Positions 14,622 through 31,591 of a DNA stretch of 64,000 nucleotides are shown here, piece after piece (the first letter of the stretch is position 1; every line of letters begins with the position of its first letter). The notes under the pieces were generated by a model. It ran no database searches and had not been told where the DNA came from. It saw nothing but the letters and a program-made list of their open reading frames with translations. Position numbers and translations under genes: made by a program. The stretch lies in assembly GCF_009914755.1 (NCBI RefSeq), contig NC_060927.1. One strand, 5' to 3'. This DNA is from the human T2T-CHM13v2.0 reference genome, Homo sapiens.

Positions 14622-15089
14622 CCTATCCAAAGACATTCAAATTGAAATTATTTTACAATAGCATTTTAGAACTCCAAACCAACCAACAGACAATATCCCC
14701 GAGACAAATTCAAACTGTGGAAGCATGAGATACTTTCTTCACAGTTTGTGACAAGTAAGCAAACAACTATAATAAATAATTACATAAAGGATAGATGAAC
14801 AAATAAACAATTCTATAACTTCAAATTTATGTCTCTTTCATCTAATTTTTGTCTTTCCATTGCATTTTTTACCACACTATTGAGGATGGACTAATTATAA
14901 AACATAAAATAGTCTTTAATTGCTCCCACTATCTCTAGTCTCTAACTTACCTAATCCTTTTTACACACCGATGTCATCTTGATTTCAGTTCTTTGTATTC
15001 CTAGAATCACATGTTCCCCTAATAAAGCACTTCTTTAAATTTTTTTCACAAATCATGTCTCCTGTGATATCATCTAGTATGTGTTTTTT

Positions 15090-15965
15090 GACACTCCCCT
15101 TTGTTTTAAACTCCATATTCAATCTCGCCGAATCTTTTTTGCTATATCTTTGAAATATATCCAGGATCAACTGTACTCTCTGTTGCCTGAATCTTTGCAA
15201 CAGCACCCTAACTGATGTCTTTGCTGCCTACTTTGTTCTCTTACAATTTATTTTCTAGTAGAAGCTAGTAGAAGTCAGAGTAGTCAATATCCAGAAATAT
15301 TATTTTGTAATGGTAAAATATTTACCATTTCAAATGCAGAAAATAGAAAAGTGGTATATAGAAAAGCTGATCTCTCATTTGCCTAGTTCCTACTCCCTTC
15401 CCCATAAGTATCCTTCTTCTTAGATCTTATGTATTCTTTAACATTTATTTTTTGAACTTGCTGGCAAATATAAATGTAGTTTTTTGGGCATATTTTATAT
15501 TTATTTTTTGCATAATATCACACTAGTTTAAGCAATAAATCTGAACTTTAGAGAAATTTTTCTATTACTACATACAGTATACTTTCCTTCTTTTTTACAG
15601 TTACCTTATATTGAGTTGCATATTTGCAATAAAATTGGCATCTTATTCCTTTTTGATATATATTTAGTATGTTGCCACATCTGCTATTACAAGTAATGCT
15701 GCAATCTTTCAATATCTGTAGTGTAAAAAAAGATGATAAATCTGTATCTTTGAAAAAGGGTATTTTCATCTAAAATTTTCACAGATGTGGTCAAGTTGTC
15801 CTTCATGGAAGTTATACCTACTTATGCTCAGTAAAGGATGAGAGCTCATAGTTCCCCACACATTCACCAATTACAGTGTGTTATCAAATTTTAGGATTAT
15901 TGACATGTAATGCCTCACAGAGTGTTTTGTAGTTAGTAGGTGCTCAATAGTGCTTTTTGGAATAA
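15090..15965. mobile_element. L2 remnant (+) interrupted by an ancient L1ME 3' fragment (-, ~15290-15905)
   Basis: L2-like text at 15150-15260 and an L2 3' end (GTAGGTGCTCAATA) at ~15935-15950, with L1M-like antisense 3'UTR between them. Confidence 0.55.
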
Positions 15966-16319
15966 ATTGATAGATATATCTGTTAAGATTTGCTTCAGAT
16001 AGGACAAGCTACTTCTGGATTATTAACTCTAAGTTTCCTCTATATATTTCAATAAATGTAGAAACACAGGCAGTGGAGATAAAACCAAAATATGCGGATT
16101 AATGGAGAGGCAGGTTATTTCAATTTCAGAAGGTATTGATAACGGGATTACCCTAATTAGGCTCAGGTTTATTTTTCATTATCTGAATTTAGAGAAAGCA
16201 AAATGAGGTGTATCTTTAATCAGTTGTATACGAACAGAGAGCAGCAACAAAAACTATGGATGTGGGGGACAGGAAGACCTGGCTTTGTGTTTGAGCAAAC
16301 TAATTTACAAAACCATAAC

Positions 16320-16485
16320 AATTAATGTTTATAAATGCATATCACGTTTTGTTTCAGGGACCAAGATAAGTTCTTTACAATCATCATCTTATAGTATTTT
16401 TATAAATAGGTAGGTAATATTATTAATTCCATTTTGCAGATGTAGAAACTGACTTTTAGAATGACTAAGTCATCTAGCTTGCCAC
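16320..16485 (-). mobile_element. MIR SINE
   Basis: MIR core ATTCCATTTTGCAGATGTAGAAACTGA. Confidence 0.7.
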
Positions 16486-17259
16486 AAACACTAAAACTAT
16501 ATGTGTATATATTTCCTTCCTGTTTCAGGAAAGTTAAAACATATGAACTTTCATAATTCATTAGTTTGCTATTATAGTTGCTGCATTATGTTTCTCTTCC
16601 TATGACACATGATATTTTATAAGATTTTGATTGAATGTCAACCTGATTTGATAGCATATATGCTCCAGTGGCCTATTTTCCATTTGGTAAACCTAAAGAG
16701 GAGTGGAGTTATCAGACTAAACCCACCTTCATTTACATTACTTCAACAGGTAGAATAAATTGTGTGTTTTAAATTTCCTGTTTCATAAAAACAAAAAATG
16801 ATCTGGCAGGTGATGTGGATTTATATTTCTTTTGTGAATGTGTGTGTTCACTGGGAGATAATTATATTTTCATCTGATCCTTTTCAATATAACTGTTCTT
16901 ATCCTATATTATGATTTGCCTTTCTATTATTTATTTTGTGGTAATTTAATATAAGTTGTTACCATGTTTTATTCTGGGAAAGATTCCCAAAACTACAGAT
17001 TTTATATCTAGAATAGGCACAGGCTTAATATGTACACTCAGTTTTTTTTTTTTGCTTTTAGTTTTTTCTATTCAAAAGGTACAATATTTGCCTAAACAGG
17101 AATTGTAAGAATTCAAAACTTCTGTTGCACTTTTAGAAATATTATGGATCTGTTTTGAAAAATATGTCCTTTCATAATAATTTGCTACCTGTATAAAAAG
17201 CATATAATAAAAACACATTTATTTTTTGCTCTATGGATTGCTTTTTGATCTCTTGCTAT

Positions 17260-17364
17260 CTTTTTTTAAAATTAAATTTTTCCAGAGGCAGAGTCTCACT
17301 CCATCGCTTAGGCTAGGGTGCAATGGTGCGGTCATAACTCACTGCCGCCTCAAACTTCTGGGCT
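17260..17364 (-). mobile_element. Truncated FLAM/AluJ monomer
   Basis: GAGTCTCACTCCATCGCTTAGGCTAGGGTGCAATGGTG..CTCAAACTTCTGGGCT after a T-rich tail. Confidence 0.8.
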
Positions 17365-18667
17365 GGGTATCATTAATTTACAGCTTTAATATACAAAAAT
17401 AATAATCTTAGGTAGTTGTTAAAATCTACCTTAATATTGTAAATAATAGAAAACCAAAGTAATATAGAACGTAACTGGACAGCAGAAAGAAAAATACATT
17501 AAACATAGGAGTTTGGTTTAAAATAGTAACTTTCATTAATGTGCCTCTCAATCTATCAAGATTTTTCTACCCACGTGGGTTTGGTAGTGTGGGATACAAT
17601 CCACATTTTTAAAAGAATGGGAAGATTGTCTGTTATTTGTATGATACTAAAGCAATTTCTGAGAAATATAGATTCCAGTGTAGATTATACTTTCCCCCTT
17701 TATGCTTACTACCCTTATACTAGTAAAATTAGTTTTATTTATTTGTTTTTTAATCAGGTACAGTCTTGAAGGAAAAAGAAGAAAGGAATTGTTGTCCTAA
17801 ACCCAGCCTGCAGCCCGAGAGGTCAGTGTAAAAGACTGGAGGAATCAGTATTCTGGGATGTACAATCTCCTGCAATGCGGAGAAACCCTCCTCCAGGTTC
17901 ATCTGCTGTCTCCAAAGGCTGGGTGCCTTGGCAGTTCAACTTAACGTCATGTGGTCATTTGTTAATTATGAGAAGCCACTGATTTTATAGCAAGCCCATG
18001 AGAAACTGTTATGAATATTTATTTAGAAAATGAGAACAAACTTTTAACAAATTTGTATGCTAGATTTTAAAACCATCTTATAAAATTAATGTAGTGCCTG
18101 ATATTTCATAAGATGTTTAGACTACCATTTAAAATAGCAAGACTGATTTTTCATGTGATTCATAAACTCATTTGTGCTAAATTAATGTTTTATGGACATA
18201 GTTAAGTGACATTTTTTTCCAACAGAAAGCAAAGCATCCTTATGTTCTCATCATACCTTCTCATGTGCTTCCATGAATACTGATATCGTTAACATTCTGG
18301 ATTTCCAGAGAAATCCTCTATCTCTTTCTTCATAGAATAGAAAGAATCTCCATGTAAATTCAGGATACCTGATTATCCTTTACATGTTGACTTTTTCTTT
18401 TTTTAATTTAGCATATGTAGGAACAGTTCTATTGCATTGTAAAAAAGGGGCCAAATGAATTTAAAAAATAAATGCTGATATGGTAGAAGTAATGCAAAAA
18501 AAGTTAAGCTATATAAAAGGAAAACTACATTATAAGATTTACAGAAGGTACTGTATATGCTTCTCATATATTCATAAAATCTGTTAAACATAATTACATT
18601 GAGAAATTTCTAATTGAATATTTATTTCTTTTCCCTCCACTTTGTTTTTTAAATAAGAATATACCTT

Positions 18668-19083
18668 TAGGTTAGATTCAGTTTTGTGGGGCCTAGACGG
18701 ATACAGTTTTGCAAGATGGGCATTTACAAGAATACACTTTATTACTTAGAGCAGTTTTAGGTTCACAGTAAACTTAGGAGGAAGCTACAGACATTTCCCT
18801 TATGGCCCCTGCTTCCACACACGTGTAGCCTTTCCCATTATCAATATCCTCTGCCAGATGTGTACAAGTTTTACACTTGAGAAAACTACGTTGACACCTA
18901 ATTTATTGGAGTAGGCATTTTTCATGGGTAAAAACAAAAATCCCCGCACTTTTGCAAATTTTTGAAAACCATATGGACCATGTGAACACATTGTTAGGAT
19001 CCTCCCAGTCTTGGAGGAGGCTCAGGATGGTGCAGGGCTATCAGGTGTCAGCGTCATTAGCTTCTTGGTCAATCTGCTTCTGC
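18668..19083. mobile_element. hAT-type MER remnant interrupted by an L1MC 3' end (-, ~18735-18898)
   Basis: GATTCAGTTTTGTGGGGCCT start and TCATTAGCTTC..AATCTGCTTCTG end resemble small hAT MITE termini. TTAGAGCAGTTTTAGGTTCACAG matches an L1MC 3' terminus. Confidence 0.5.
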
Positions 19084-19463
19084 ATGCCATTAGAAAGAAC
19101 ATCCTATACCATTAAAACAAAAAGGTCACTTTTCTAATTGGCCTTCAGATTACACCAACTTACATACCCTCTGGCAGAAGGTATCAGAACGTATATGGGT
19201 ATACGTTTCATGGGTATCTTACAAGGATATATAATTCCTGTGTGTTGTTTAATGTTCAATATATAACTAATTAAAAACCTATTGATTAACTGAATTATTC
19301 TAAGTTATTGATTATTCTATTTATCTTTGGTAAGTTTTTAGAATCAGAATGTTATATATCCCAGTAAAACTGAGTTTATATCAATTTTTGTTATTTCTGC
19401 CAACTTTCTTTTTGTGTAACTTAATGCAAAGATATTTGGTGTATAATGATTTTAAAATATATA

Positions 19464-19779
19464 TTTTTATTTTTTATTTATTTATTTTTTGAGACAGAGT
19501 TTTTTGCTCTGTTGCCCAAGGCTGGAGTGCAGTGGCACAATCTTGGGTCACTGCAACCTCTCCACCTCCGGTGTTCAAATGATTCTCCTGACTCAGCCTC
19601 CAGAGTAGCTGTAATTATGGGTGCGCACCACCATGCCTGGCTAATTTTCGTATTTTTAGTAGAGACGGGGTTTCACCATGTTGGCCAGGCTGGTCTTGAA
19701 CTCCTGACTTCAGGTGATCCACCCCCCACTTGGCCTCACAAAGTGCTGCGGTTACAGGCATGAGCCACCATGCCTGGCT
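19464..19779 (-). mobile_element. AluS, full length
   Basis: Both monomers and poly(T); decayed TSD AAATA(T/C)ATATTTTT. Confidence 0.95.
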
Positions 19780-19838
19780 TAAATACATATTTTTTTTGAA
19801 TTTTGTTTTTATTTTAAAATACTGACCCTTTTAAACCA

Positions 19839-19960
19839 ATGTAATATTTTTGTCTTTGAAAAATCATTTGCGTGAATATAACATATTCATTTTTTGAATA
19901 TGTAATATTTTTGTCTTTGAAAAATCATTTGCGTGAATATAACATATTCATTTTTTGAAT
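19839..19960. repeat. Perfect 61-bp tandem duplication (2 copies)
   Basis: ATGTAATATTTTTGTCTTTGAAAAATCATTTGCGTGAATATAACATATTCATTTTTTGAAT at 19839-19899 and 19900-19960. Confidence 0.97.
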
Positions 19961-21861
19961 ATACAACTCCTATACAGAGTGTGTAATTAGTTTTTCCAAA
20001 CTCAGGCAAAACATTCCCAGGTAGTGAAGTATGTGGTGAAACTAGAAAATTCCATGGGCAGGAGTGCTTTGCTGAATTTTCTTTTATGTAAAGTGAATTT
20101 CTTGATGAGAAAAAATGTGACATGGAATGCCATGAGAGTGAACTATGCTTTTGAAATCCACAAATGCTGGCGATTGCAAAGACAGAAAAGGCAGAAAAGA
20201 CAATGCAAATAGAGAATATGTGTGTCTATTCCAGTAAGGGTGAATCTGTGCTCTGGCTGTGATGGAAGAGGTCCCTATAATCGAACTGCAGGCAGGTGTA
20301 TGGCTGGTACACTTGGGAAATGGTGCCCGATCTACTGGTTTTGACATACTTTAAAATGGTATTAAGTAACAATGTGTACATTCAAGTATAGAGATTAAGA
20401 TGGGGACAAAAAGAAAAGAATTGAGAATCCCTAGAGCAGGTGAGATCCAAGAAGGAGGAATAGGGAGCCCACAAGGCTTAGTTTTGGAGAAAGAAACAGA
20501 GAAAGCAGAGATTGATGGCTGTAGGCTAAGAATAGAGAGTAAGAGGATCGTTAAAAAACAAAACCAAAAGTGTGTGTTTTGTTAGTAAATTCCTTTTAGG
20601 TCTTTTATAATGGTAAAATCTCTATGGATTGCTACTGGTTCTTGTGATGAGGAGCTTTGTGTGTGTGTGTGTTGGGATGATGGTGGGAGCAGGAGGTGTT
20701 AAGAACATGAAGAGACCAATAAAGAGGCTTTTAGTTTTTATAGAGAGAAAGTCAATTGCTCCTAAGTCTCACACAGAAATGGGAAAATATACACAATTCA
20801 TTCGTTTGCCGAAGGCCTAACATTGTCAGCTTGCTTGGAAGTCCTCTGGCTTTTGTTTAATCTGTACCCTGACCTGGAACTGAGGTGGACTCAGATGGAA
20901 ATGAGGAACTGGTTGGGAACTGGGACCCTGTGGGAAGTGAAAAAGATGAAAAAGGAAACAAAAAGTGGAAGAGGCAAGGACAAGAAGAGGGGAGGAAGAG
21001 AGAGAAAACAATGAATGAGATCAATGTTCCAACATTTATGCTGGAAAGAAGTATTAAAAAAGTAGTAAAATCCAAAGTGATTAATTTTTTGTACACTGTC
21101 AGTATGGAGACATTTATTTTAAAATGTGGGTTAACCTTTTAAGCCAGGTGTCACTCCCAATACATATCCATTGCATGTGTCCCCATTATTAGGAGGATAT
21201 GGTCCTGATAATTTGCAAAAGGTGACTGTGAAGGTTATGTCTTTGACTGGCAGTTGCAGATTGGTTTGTCTGCTATAGTAATACCATCTCTGAGTGAATG
21301 ACATGTAGCAGCTGCACCTACTCACTCTGCCTGTTCTCTAGTGTCACTGGCTTTCCCAGGGTTTTGTCTCCTCTTACTTTCTGTGTTTATGGATACAATT
21401 TTATTTATACTATTACATTTTTAGGATGAAATGGTCATCATTTTTTTTTTAGTTGCTGTGTCCTAGTGTCTCTTCCCTCTGATATTTCTCAGAAAACTTT
21501 GATAATTAAATCAGTAGTGAGCAACACAGCTATATTTTACTGTATTTGATTAAATCAATATCAAGAGCATCCTGAACAGTCCCCTAAAAAGAAAACATCA
21601 GTTTAATCCCCCCCATATATGATTTTTTCATTAAACTGACAATTAATTTAGTTATTTATAAGCATTTTGTTAATTTGAAGTAATATCCCTATCTTCAAAA
21701 TTATCATGGTTTTTATCTTATATAATTATCAGCAAATAATTATCTTTTTAAGAAGAATACATTAAATAATTATTTGACATTGAGCTATGTATTGTTTAAC
21801 TAGTACAAATAAAAAATATCAGCTTATTTAAACTGGGCAAAATAAAAAATGTTAAGCGATA

Positions 21862-24435
21862 GTCTGGGTGTGGTGTCTCATGCCTGTAATCCCAGCACAT
21901 TGGGAGGCCAAGGTGAGAGAATCGTTTGAACTCAGGAGTTCGAGACCAGCCTGGGCAACGTAGGCAGACACTGTTCCTAAAAATAAAAATTTAGTTGGGC
22001 ATGGTGGTTGATATGGTTTGGCTGTGTTCCCATCCAAATATCATCTTGAATTCCCACATGTGTGGGAGGGACCCAGTGGGGGATGATTGAATCATGGGGC
22101 CCATCCTTCTAGTGCTATTCTCATGATAGTGAATAAGTCTCATGAGATCTGATGGTTTTAAAAATGGGAGTTTCCCTGCACATGCTCTCTCTCTTTGCCT
22201 GCTGACATTCATGTAACATGTGACTTGCTCCTCTCTGCCTTCTGCCATGTTTGTGAGGCCTCCCCAGCCATGTGGAACTGTGAATCCATTAAACCTCTTT
22301 CTTTTGTAAATTGCCCAGTCTTGGGTATGCCTTTATCAGCAGCATGCAAATGGACTAATACAGTAAATTGGTACTAGTAGAGTGGGGCATTGCTGAAAAG
22401 ATACCCAAAAATGTGGAAGAGACTTTGGAACTGGCTAACAGGCAGTGATTGAAACAGTTTGGAGGGCTCAGAAGACAGGAAATGTGGGAAAGTTTGGAAC
22501 TTCCTAGAGACTTGCTGAATGCCTTTGCCCAAAATGCTGATAGCAATGTGGACAATAAAGTCTAGGCTGAGGTGGTCTCAGATGGAAATGAGGAACTGGT
22601 TGGGAACTGGAGCAAGGTGATTATTTTTATGTTTTAACAAAGAGACTGATGGCATTTTGCCCCTGCCCTAGAGATTTGTGGAACTTTGAACTTGAGAGAG
22701 ATAATTTGGGGTGTCTGGCAGAAGAAATTTCTAAGCAAGAAAGCATTCAACAGGTGACTTTGGTGCTGTTTAAGGCACCAAAGGGAAAGGGAAACAGAGC
22801 ATAAAAGTTAGGAAAATTTGCAGCCTGACAATGCAATAGAAAAGAAAAATCTCTTTTTCTGACCAGAAATTAAAGCTGGCTACAAAACTTTGCATAAGTA
22901 ATGATAAGTCAAATGTCAATCACCAAAACTATGGGGAAAATGTCTCCAGGACATGTCAGAGACCTTTGCATCAGCCCCTCCTATCACAGGCCTGGAGGCC
23001 TAGGAGGTAAAAATAGTTTTGTGGGTAGGGTCAAGGGCCTTTCTGCTGTGTGCAGCCTAGAGACTTGGTACCCTGGGTTCCAGCCACTCTAGCTTTGGCT
23101 AAAAGGGGCCAAGGTACAGCTTGGGCTATGACTTCAGAGGGTGCAAGCCCCAAGCTTTGGCAGCTTCCACGTGGTATTGAGCCTGTGAGTGCACAGAAGT
23201 CAAGAATTGGGGTTAGGGAACCTCCGCCTAGATTTCAGAAGAGGTATGGAAATAGCTGGATGCCCAGGCAGAAGTTTGCTGCAGGGGTGATACCCTCATG
23301 GAGGACCTCTGCTAGGGCAGTGTGGAAGGGAATGTGGGGTTGGAGCCCCCACACAGAGTCCCCAGTGGGGCACTGCCTAGTGGAGTTGTGAGAAGAGGGA
23401 CACAATTCTCCAGACCCCAAAATGGTAGATCCCTGACAGCTTGCACCATGCACCTGGAAAAGCTGCAGACACTCAACACCAGCCTGTGAAGACAACAAGG
23501 AAGAAGGCTGTACCCTGAAAAGCCACAGGGGTAGAGCTGCCCAAGACAGTGGGAGCCCACCTCTTGCATCAGCATGACCCTTATGTGAGACATGGAGTCA
23601 AAGGAGATCATTTTGAAACCTTAAGATTTGACTGCCCCACTGGATTTCAGACTTGCATGGGTCCTGTAGCTTCTTTGTTTTGGCCAATTTCTCCCATTTG
23701 GAATGGCTGTATTTACCTCATGCCTGTACCCCCATTGTATCTGGGAAGTAACTAAACTGCTTTTGATTTTACAGGCTCATAGGTGGAAGATACTTGCCTT
23801 GTCTCAGATGAGTCTTTGGACTCTGGACTTTAGAGTTAATGTTGAAATGAGTTAAGACTTTGGAGGACTTTAGGGAAGGCATAATAGGTTTTGAAATGAG
23901 AGGACATGAGATTTGGGAGGGGCCACTGGTGGAATGATGTGGTTTGGCTGTGCCCCCACCCAAATCTCATCTTGAATTCCCATGTGTTGTGGGAGGTACC
24001 CAGTGGGAGGTAATTGAATCATGGGGGCAGGTCTTTCCTGTGCTGTTCTTGTGATAGTGAATAAGTGTCATGAGATCTGATGGTTTTAAACATGGGAGGC
24101 CCCTGCACATGCTCTCTCACTTTGCCTGTTGCCATCCATGTAAGACATGACTTGCTCTTCCTTGCCTTCCACAATGATTGCGAGGCTTCTACAGCCACAT
24201 GGAACTGTAAGTCCATTAAACCTCTTTCTTTTGTAAATTGCCCAGGCTTGGGTATGTCTTTATTAGCAGCGTGAAAACGGACTAATACAGTGGTGCACGA
24301 CTGTGATTCTCGCTACTGGGAAAGGGTACATAGGAGGATCACTTGAGCATGGGAGGTTGACATTGCAGCAAGCCATAATTGTGCCACTGCACTGCAGCCT
24401 GGATGACAGAGCAAGATCCTGTCTCAAAACAAAAA
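21862..24435 (+). mobile_element. AluJ split by THE1 (Alu parts 21862-22008 and 24290-24435)
   Basis: Left monomer and linker precede 22009; the right monomer (GAGGATCACTTGAGC, J-type) resumes after 24289. Confidence 0.9.
22009..24289 (+). mobile_element. Full-length THE1 (probably THE1B) MaLR: 5'LTR 22009-22362, internal 22363-23934, 3'LTR 23935-24289
   Basis: Two TGAT(A/G)TGGTTTGG...GACTAATACA LTRs, a purine tract GGGAGGGG before the 3' LTR, and TSD GTGGT at 22004-22008 and 24290-24294. Confidence 0.96.
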
Positions 24436-24520
24436 TTATATGTTCCACATAGTTTATAGAAATTTCCAATTTTTAGGAGGAATTCTATTTTTTCATTTAT
24501 TTTTTATCATTCTCAGGTGA

Positions 24521-25157
<637 letters not shown>

Positions 25158-25219
25158 TTAAAGGCTAATTTGAATGCTGTAGATATGAATGCTGGGGCTG
25201 CCCAGAATTTACAACTTAA

Positions 25220-25620
25220 ATTACTTTAGTCGTTTAGGTCTTTGCAGCTTTACCTGCAAACTGGTGATAATAGCAGATGTCTCACAGGGTTAATAAGAAA
25301 ATTCAATAAGAACAAACAAAACTCTACCCAGAATATGAGGCACATATTAGGTGATAAATACATAATGTTATATATGACTATCCTGGACGAATTTAGCAAA
25401 TGATATGAGAAAACCTTAGCATAGTGTAATTTGTAACCCTGTAATGAAAATCTAGAAATATTCTAGTCACTGGAATTCTACAATTAATGGATTTTGTGAC
25501 ATAAGTTATGCAATTACTCTACATTTTAGTTTCCTCACTGGGAAAGTAAGGATAAAAATGGCAACAACATTATAGGGTTACTGTAAAAAAGAATAAAGTT
25601 CATGACCACAAAATATGTGG
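25220..25620 (+). mobile_element. MIR remnants (two fragments)
   Basis: CTGCAAACTGGTGATAATAG..CTCACAGGGTT and TTTTAGTTTCCTCAC..GGATAA MIR-like cores. Confidence 0.5.
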
Positions 25621-26460
25621 AGAAGGGATGGGCTTATGCATTATATAATCATTTGAGGATTATATAAGAATTTGTTAAATAAATTAGTTAATGAATAGGG
25701 TAGAAATTTCACTACTGAATAAATAAATGACATAATGAAATTGTTCATCAAAATAAATTTTTACATTATATATTTCTAGATTAAGAACTACTTTGCAGTG
25801 ACTTATCTCATTTACACATATTTACTATCTTTTGGTCAGACAGATATTGTTTATCTGGAGTAGGTACAAATTTCTATGCTCCTTACTATAACCTTACTGC
25901 TTAAAATACGATCCCAGACTAAAGGTAGCAGCATTATGCAAAATATCAGCACCCACCCAGCACAACTTAATTAGAATCTATGTTGTGACAGTTTCTCCAG
26001 GTGTTCTGAATGTATTACTTTAAAGTATATGTCCCTAATATAACATTTTTCATAAAAAATAAAGAGGAATACATGATTAGAAAAAACACAATAGAGTGTC
26101 ATACATTTTTATTTGTAAGAATATTTATGTTTAAACAACACACAAAGAATATATAAATTAAAATCTTATAGTAATTTATTCTAACTATAGCTGTATTTTT
26201 CTAATTTCTCCTTTTTTTCTCTGATTATTATAACAAAATCAATATGATTTATTATTACTGGTAATATTTGGCAGACTGTTTTATATTCTATATTGTTTTT
26301 AATGAAGAAGTATAGGCAAAACATCTTCAAGACAGATGTACTTAATTTTATATTTCTGAGGCGGTGTATAATTGTAGGAATTGGAAGATTGAAAATCACT
26401 GTGGGACATAGGGCTGCTTGAAGGTGAATGAGTGTCCTTTACAACATAGCTTCTTGCAAT

Positions 26461-26500
26461 GAAAAAACAAACAAACAAACAAAAAACAAACAAACAAAAA
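26461..26500. repeat. (AAAC)n microsatellite
   Basis: Directly visible. Confidence 0.9.
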
Positions 26501-27193
26501 GCCCCTATGGCAATACATTAATAGGCTTGAAAGCACACTTGCCAATTTTAACCCAATAGTCACTGGTCCTGTGAGTGATGAAGTCTACTTGCTTGAGAGT
26601 TGAATGGAGACAGCATTTATATTATTTGCCCATGGGTCAAATCACATAATCCACTAGAATGCTTAGATTCCAGGCCTGTCTTAACTTAGATATGTGAAGT
26701 CAGTCTAGGACTTGATAATTAATAAACATGTGGCAAAATATTATGACAGATATCACCCACATGCACACATATAACATATGCTTTCCTTAGAAGCTATGAT
26801 AATGTGGTTGACCTACATTATGGTATATCATGGTAGGTAACCCCTGTGCAATTTTGTGTTTTGCTGCTGAGAATTTGATGAAGATTTGTAAAATTTTGTG
26901 TTGTGTTACTAAGGATTCAATGAAGATTTATAAAATTCCTGTTGATAACCGGACAGTTTCCTTAGGTTTGAAGATATCTCAGACACTTTATGAGGTTGAT
27001 TTTCTACTTAAAAAAATTATTTTAGGGCAAATTTATATTTTTCAGAAAAAATTCTGCTATAATGCACTTTGTATATTAAAAACAGTCCAGGTGTAGGCAC
27101 TAAAGGCTATGAATTTTCCTCTTAGCAATAACTCTACTGTTTCCCAGAGGTTTTGATAGATTGTGTTACCATTATCATTCAGTTAAAATAGTA

Positions 27194-27685
<492 letters not shown>

Positions 27686-29194
27686 AAAAGAATTTTTTAA
27701 TTTCTAGCTTGATTTCATTGTTGACCCAATGATAATTCAAGAGTAAGTTATTTAATTTCCATGTATTTGCATGGTTTTGAGGGTTCCTTTTGGAGTTGAT
27801 TTCCAATTTTATTCCACTGTGGTCTGATACTTGATATAATTTCAATTTTCTTATATTTACTGAGACTTGTTTTGTGGCCTATCATATGGTCTACCTTGGA
27901 TAAAGTTCCATGCACTGATGAATAGAATTTTTATTCCCCGACTATTTTGTAGAATGTTCTGTAAATATTTGTTAAGTCCACTTGTTCTAGGGTATAATTT
28001 AATCCATTGTTTATTTGTTGACTTCCTGTCTTGATGACCTGTCTAATGCTGTTAATGTAATATTGAACTCCCCCACTGTTATTGTGTTGCAATCTATCTC
28101 ATTTCTTAGGTCTAGTAGTAATAATTGTTTTATAAATTTGGGGGCTCCAGTGTTAGATGCATATATATTTAAGATAGTGATATTTTCCTTTGGACATGGC
28201 CCTCTATCATTATATAATGTTTCTCTTTGTCTTTTTAACTGCTGTTGCTTTAGTTTGTTTTGTCTCATATAAGAATAGCTACTCCTGCTTGCTTTTGATG
28301 TCCATTTGCATGAAATGTCTTTTTCCACCTCTTTATGTTAAGTGTATGTGAGTTCTTATTTGTTAGGTGAGTCTCTTGAAGGCAGCAGATACTTGGTTGG
28401 TGAACTCTTATCTATTCTGCAATTCTGTATCATTTAAGTGGAGCATTCAGGCCACTTACATTCAATGTTAGTATTGAGATGTGAAGTACTGTTCCATTCA
28501 TTGTGCTATTTGTTGCCTGTATACCTTGGGTTTTTTAATTGTATTTTTGTTTTATAGGTCCTATGAGATTTTAAAGGGTTTATGTTTTGATGTGTTTCCA
28601 GGAATTGTTTCAAGATTTAGAGCTCCTTTTAGCAGTTCTTACGGTGCTGGCTTGTTAGTGATGAACTCTCTCAGTCTTTGTCAGGAAAAGACTATGTTTC
28701 CTTCATTTATAAAACTTAGTTTTTCTGGATACAAAATTCTTGGCTTATCATTGCTTTGTTTATGGAGGCTAAAGATAGGGCTTCAATCCCTTCTAGCTTG
28801 TAGGGTTTCTGCTGAGTAATCTGCTGTTAATCTGATAGATTTTCCTTTATAGATTACCTGTTGCTGTTGCCTCACAGCTAGTAAGATTCTTTCTTCATCT
28901 TGACTTTAATCTCTAGTAAGGCTGGGAAAGTTTTCTTTGATTATTCCCCTAAATATGTTTTCCAAACTTTTAGATGCAGAAAAAATAAAATACTTCGGAA
29001 TATACCTAACTAAGGAGGTGAAAGACCTCTACAAGGAAAACCTCAAAACACTGCTGAAAGAAATCATAGATGACACAAACAAATGGAAACACGTTCCATG
29101 CTCATGGATGGGTAGAAAGAATATTGTGAAAATGATCATAGTGACAAAAGCAATCTACAAATTCAATGCAACTCCCATTAAAATACCACCATCA

Positions 29195-31591
<2,397 letters not shown>

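Noticed and set aside
22901-23755. Several 60-113 aa ORFs
   Set aside because: Broken frames of the THE1 internal region.
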